DNA of 64,000 bases from Azolla caroliniana. Taxonomy: Eukaryota; Plantae; Polypodiophyta. Location of the stretch: contig JBHGNT010000016.1 of assembly GCA_043228905.1 (NCBI GenBank), positions 9,052,001 to 9,116,000 on the forward strand, given 5' to 3'. Numbering within the stretch: the stretch's first letter is position 1; each line of letters opens with the position of its first letter. Position numbers and translations under genes: made by a program. This document shows, piece by piece, positions 62,001 to 64,000 of the stretch. The notes beneath the pieces were generated by a model that saw only the letters and a list, made by a program, of their open reading frames with translations, was not told the DNA's origin and searched no databases.

Positions 62001-63419
62001 TAAAGATTTAGAAGACACAAGTGAATGAGAAGGAAGTTTGGAACATTGAATAAAATGTTTACAATTATTAAGTTCAAATGTGATTGAGTGATTAACCCAA
62101 TCAATGGACAAAGAAGGGTTTTTATTAAAAAACCAAGGATATCCTAAAATGACATCTGCGGATTGTAATTTCATAACATGAAAGTCAAGCTTCTCCAAAT
62201 AAGTATCTATTTGAATTGGCAGTTGACAAACAATGCCACTGATGTATTGAACGTTTCCATTTGCCATGTGAACTTGATAGATATGATCACTTGCGTTTAT
62301 GTGGAGCTCCATTTGCTGCACAAAGTGATCATTAAGAAAATTGTGAGAACTACCGGAATCAAACAAAAAATGTGCTTGTGTTCCATTGATATATCCGACT
62401 GCTCGGAGTAAATCATTAGGTCCCAGTAAATGTGAAGGAAAAGTGCATTCACATAAACTTAAGTGATTGGTATGAACTTCAACAATATCAAAAGACTCAC
62501 CTGTGTGACTCGTAGATTTGTCTTGAGGAGGGGTGTTCATTGACTTCCTCTCAAGACGACGACAGGTATCCTTTGTGTGGCCCCGTTTCTTGCAATATGC
62601 ACAGAAGAGGTTCGGTTTCTTTGAGTCGCGGTCAAGAGTGTCACTGGATTGCTTACGTTTCCCAATGAACTTGACATTCGGAGTTTTGGCGAACTCAGGT
62701 TTATTGTGGTCTTTCTTGGAAGTCCTATGGTATCGCAGCACAATGTTGATGGCTTCCTCGAAAGTTGTGGGGTCCTTGTCATGGACAATCCAATGATAAT
62801 CCCCATTGGGAATACCATTCAAAAAACAAGCGACAAACCATTTCTCACCCGTAAGTCCCGATTTTTGGATCTGGGTCCGAGCGTGATGCACATAATCCTC
62901 GAGAGAGGTAAATGGCTTACTAGACAATGTGAGCAAGTGTTGCGCTTGTTCGGTTTGAGAAGGTGGCTGCAAGAATTGTTTCTTAAAAACATCAACGAAA
63001 CCTTCCCAAGTTGTGGGTAAGTTTTTTGCGGTCCTTAGGCCACGCCACCAAGCAGCAGCTCGGCCACCTAACTCACGACCGACATAACCAATTTTTACTG
63101 CATCGGGCTTGGGATGAAGCTCAAAGTGAGACTCCCAACGACCAAGCCAAGTGCTAATAGCCTCCTCGGTTCTTTCTTTCTTATCTCCCTTGAAAGGCGT
63201 GACTACGAAGGAAGGTTCACCTTCTTTCTTGGACTCAATAGTTAATTCTTGGAATTTCTTTTCCAATGCCATATTGGCCTGTCTCATTTCGGCCAATTGA
63301 TTCAAGGTAGTAGTGAGCAATTGCTCAATAGTGATCTCAGCTTGTGTGCGAGATGCGGATTGGGGTTGAGAGGTCTCATTTGGAGAGATCGTTCCAACTG
63401 CGTTCAAAACTTGTTCCAT
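59016..63419 (-). pseudogene. Chromovirus copy 2 gag-pol with C-terminal chromodomain (a few stops/frameshifts); element continues beyond the window
   Basis: 61200-63419 encodes gag ([14 protein letters not shown]), PR (FDSGS) and RT (VFLDD); RH-IN at 59481-60749; chromodomain PERILDSR..FKIKW..ATWE at 59016-59438. Confidence 0.93.
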
Positions 63420-64000
63420 GATGCACGCTGTGGGTATGCAATAAAATAAGGAGGTTCAGAAAATACACAAGCAAAATGAATGCTTGAAATTTTGATTGAA
63501 AGAACTTTATCCAAGAAAGTATCTCATGTCTTTACCCCTCTAGACATATGAGATGTGATTCGAGATCCGATAACTATGGTAACACTATGGTGTTTTAAAA
63601 ACCATGGGGGAAAACATAGCTAAGATGTATTTCTCGGATCTCTATCTTGAGTAATCATGGCGGCTCCCCGAGGCTCAACCATGGTTCTTACATCAATGAA
63701 ATTTCCTAGATAGCCTTATATTAATGCCAACCCATCATGTATTATATAGTCGAGAAAGTGTATTACGTGAAAAAACAAGTGCACTCACAAGTAATATTCT
63801 AGTCTTGCGAGCAATAAGCAAACGTGATGATAAAATGATAAAATAAGGCACTACTCATAAGAGTTAAGTAGTGACGAAAACAAGGGTAAAAAAAAAAGAA
63901 CCCATGTGTTACCTACGAAAAAAACAATGTCACAAATAAATGGGAAGTGCAAGGTATGCACATATACATCCCAATATGATTGTTATAACTTGCACAATTG

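Overview
Plant genomic DNA, probably a non-seed plant such as a fern (inferred from the retroelement lineages). It is about 75% nested retrotransposons. A gypsy pol fragment (H, 1-8.8 kb) is split by a young, TSD-flanked Ty1/copia (A, 2101-7784). After a 2.2 kb CA/TA microsatellite, a truncated chromovirus copy (11.1-23.3 kb) is interrupted by a composite of two copia elements (B, C). Next come one intronless host CDS (25126-27180, minus strand; type II membrane, glycosyltransferase-like), a near full-length L1-type LINE (31.0-37.6 kb), a degraded copia (D) and a solo-like LTR with a higher-order repeat. A degraded gypsy (E, tRNA-Trp PBS) hosts elements F and G and is followed by a second chromovirus copy running off the window. 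The most striking object is element F (47114-51395), a young pol-less LTR element with no polypurine tract. Both LTR-internal junctions carry oppositely oriented tRNA-Arg-type primer-binding sites, suggesting tRNA priming of both DNA strands. Its rearranged end looks like a fossil strong-stop cDNA. Element G has a Tf1-type self-priming PBS, a tRNA-like segment and a perfect heat-shock element in its LTR. All tRNA matches are from recalled sequences and need checking.
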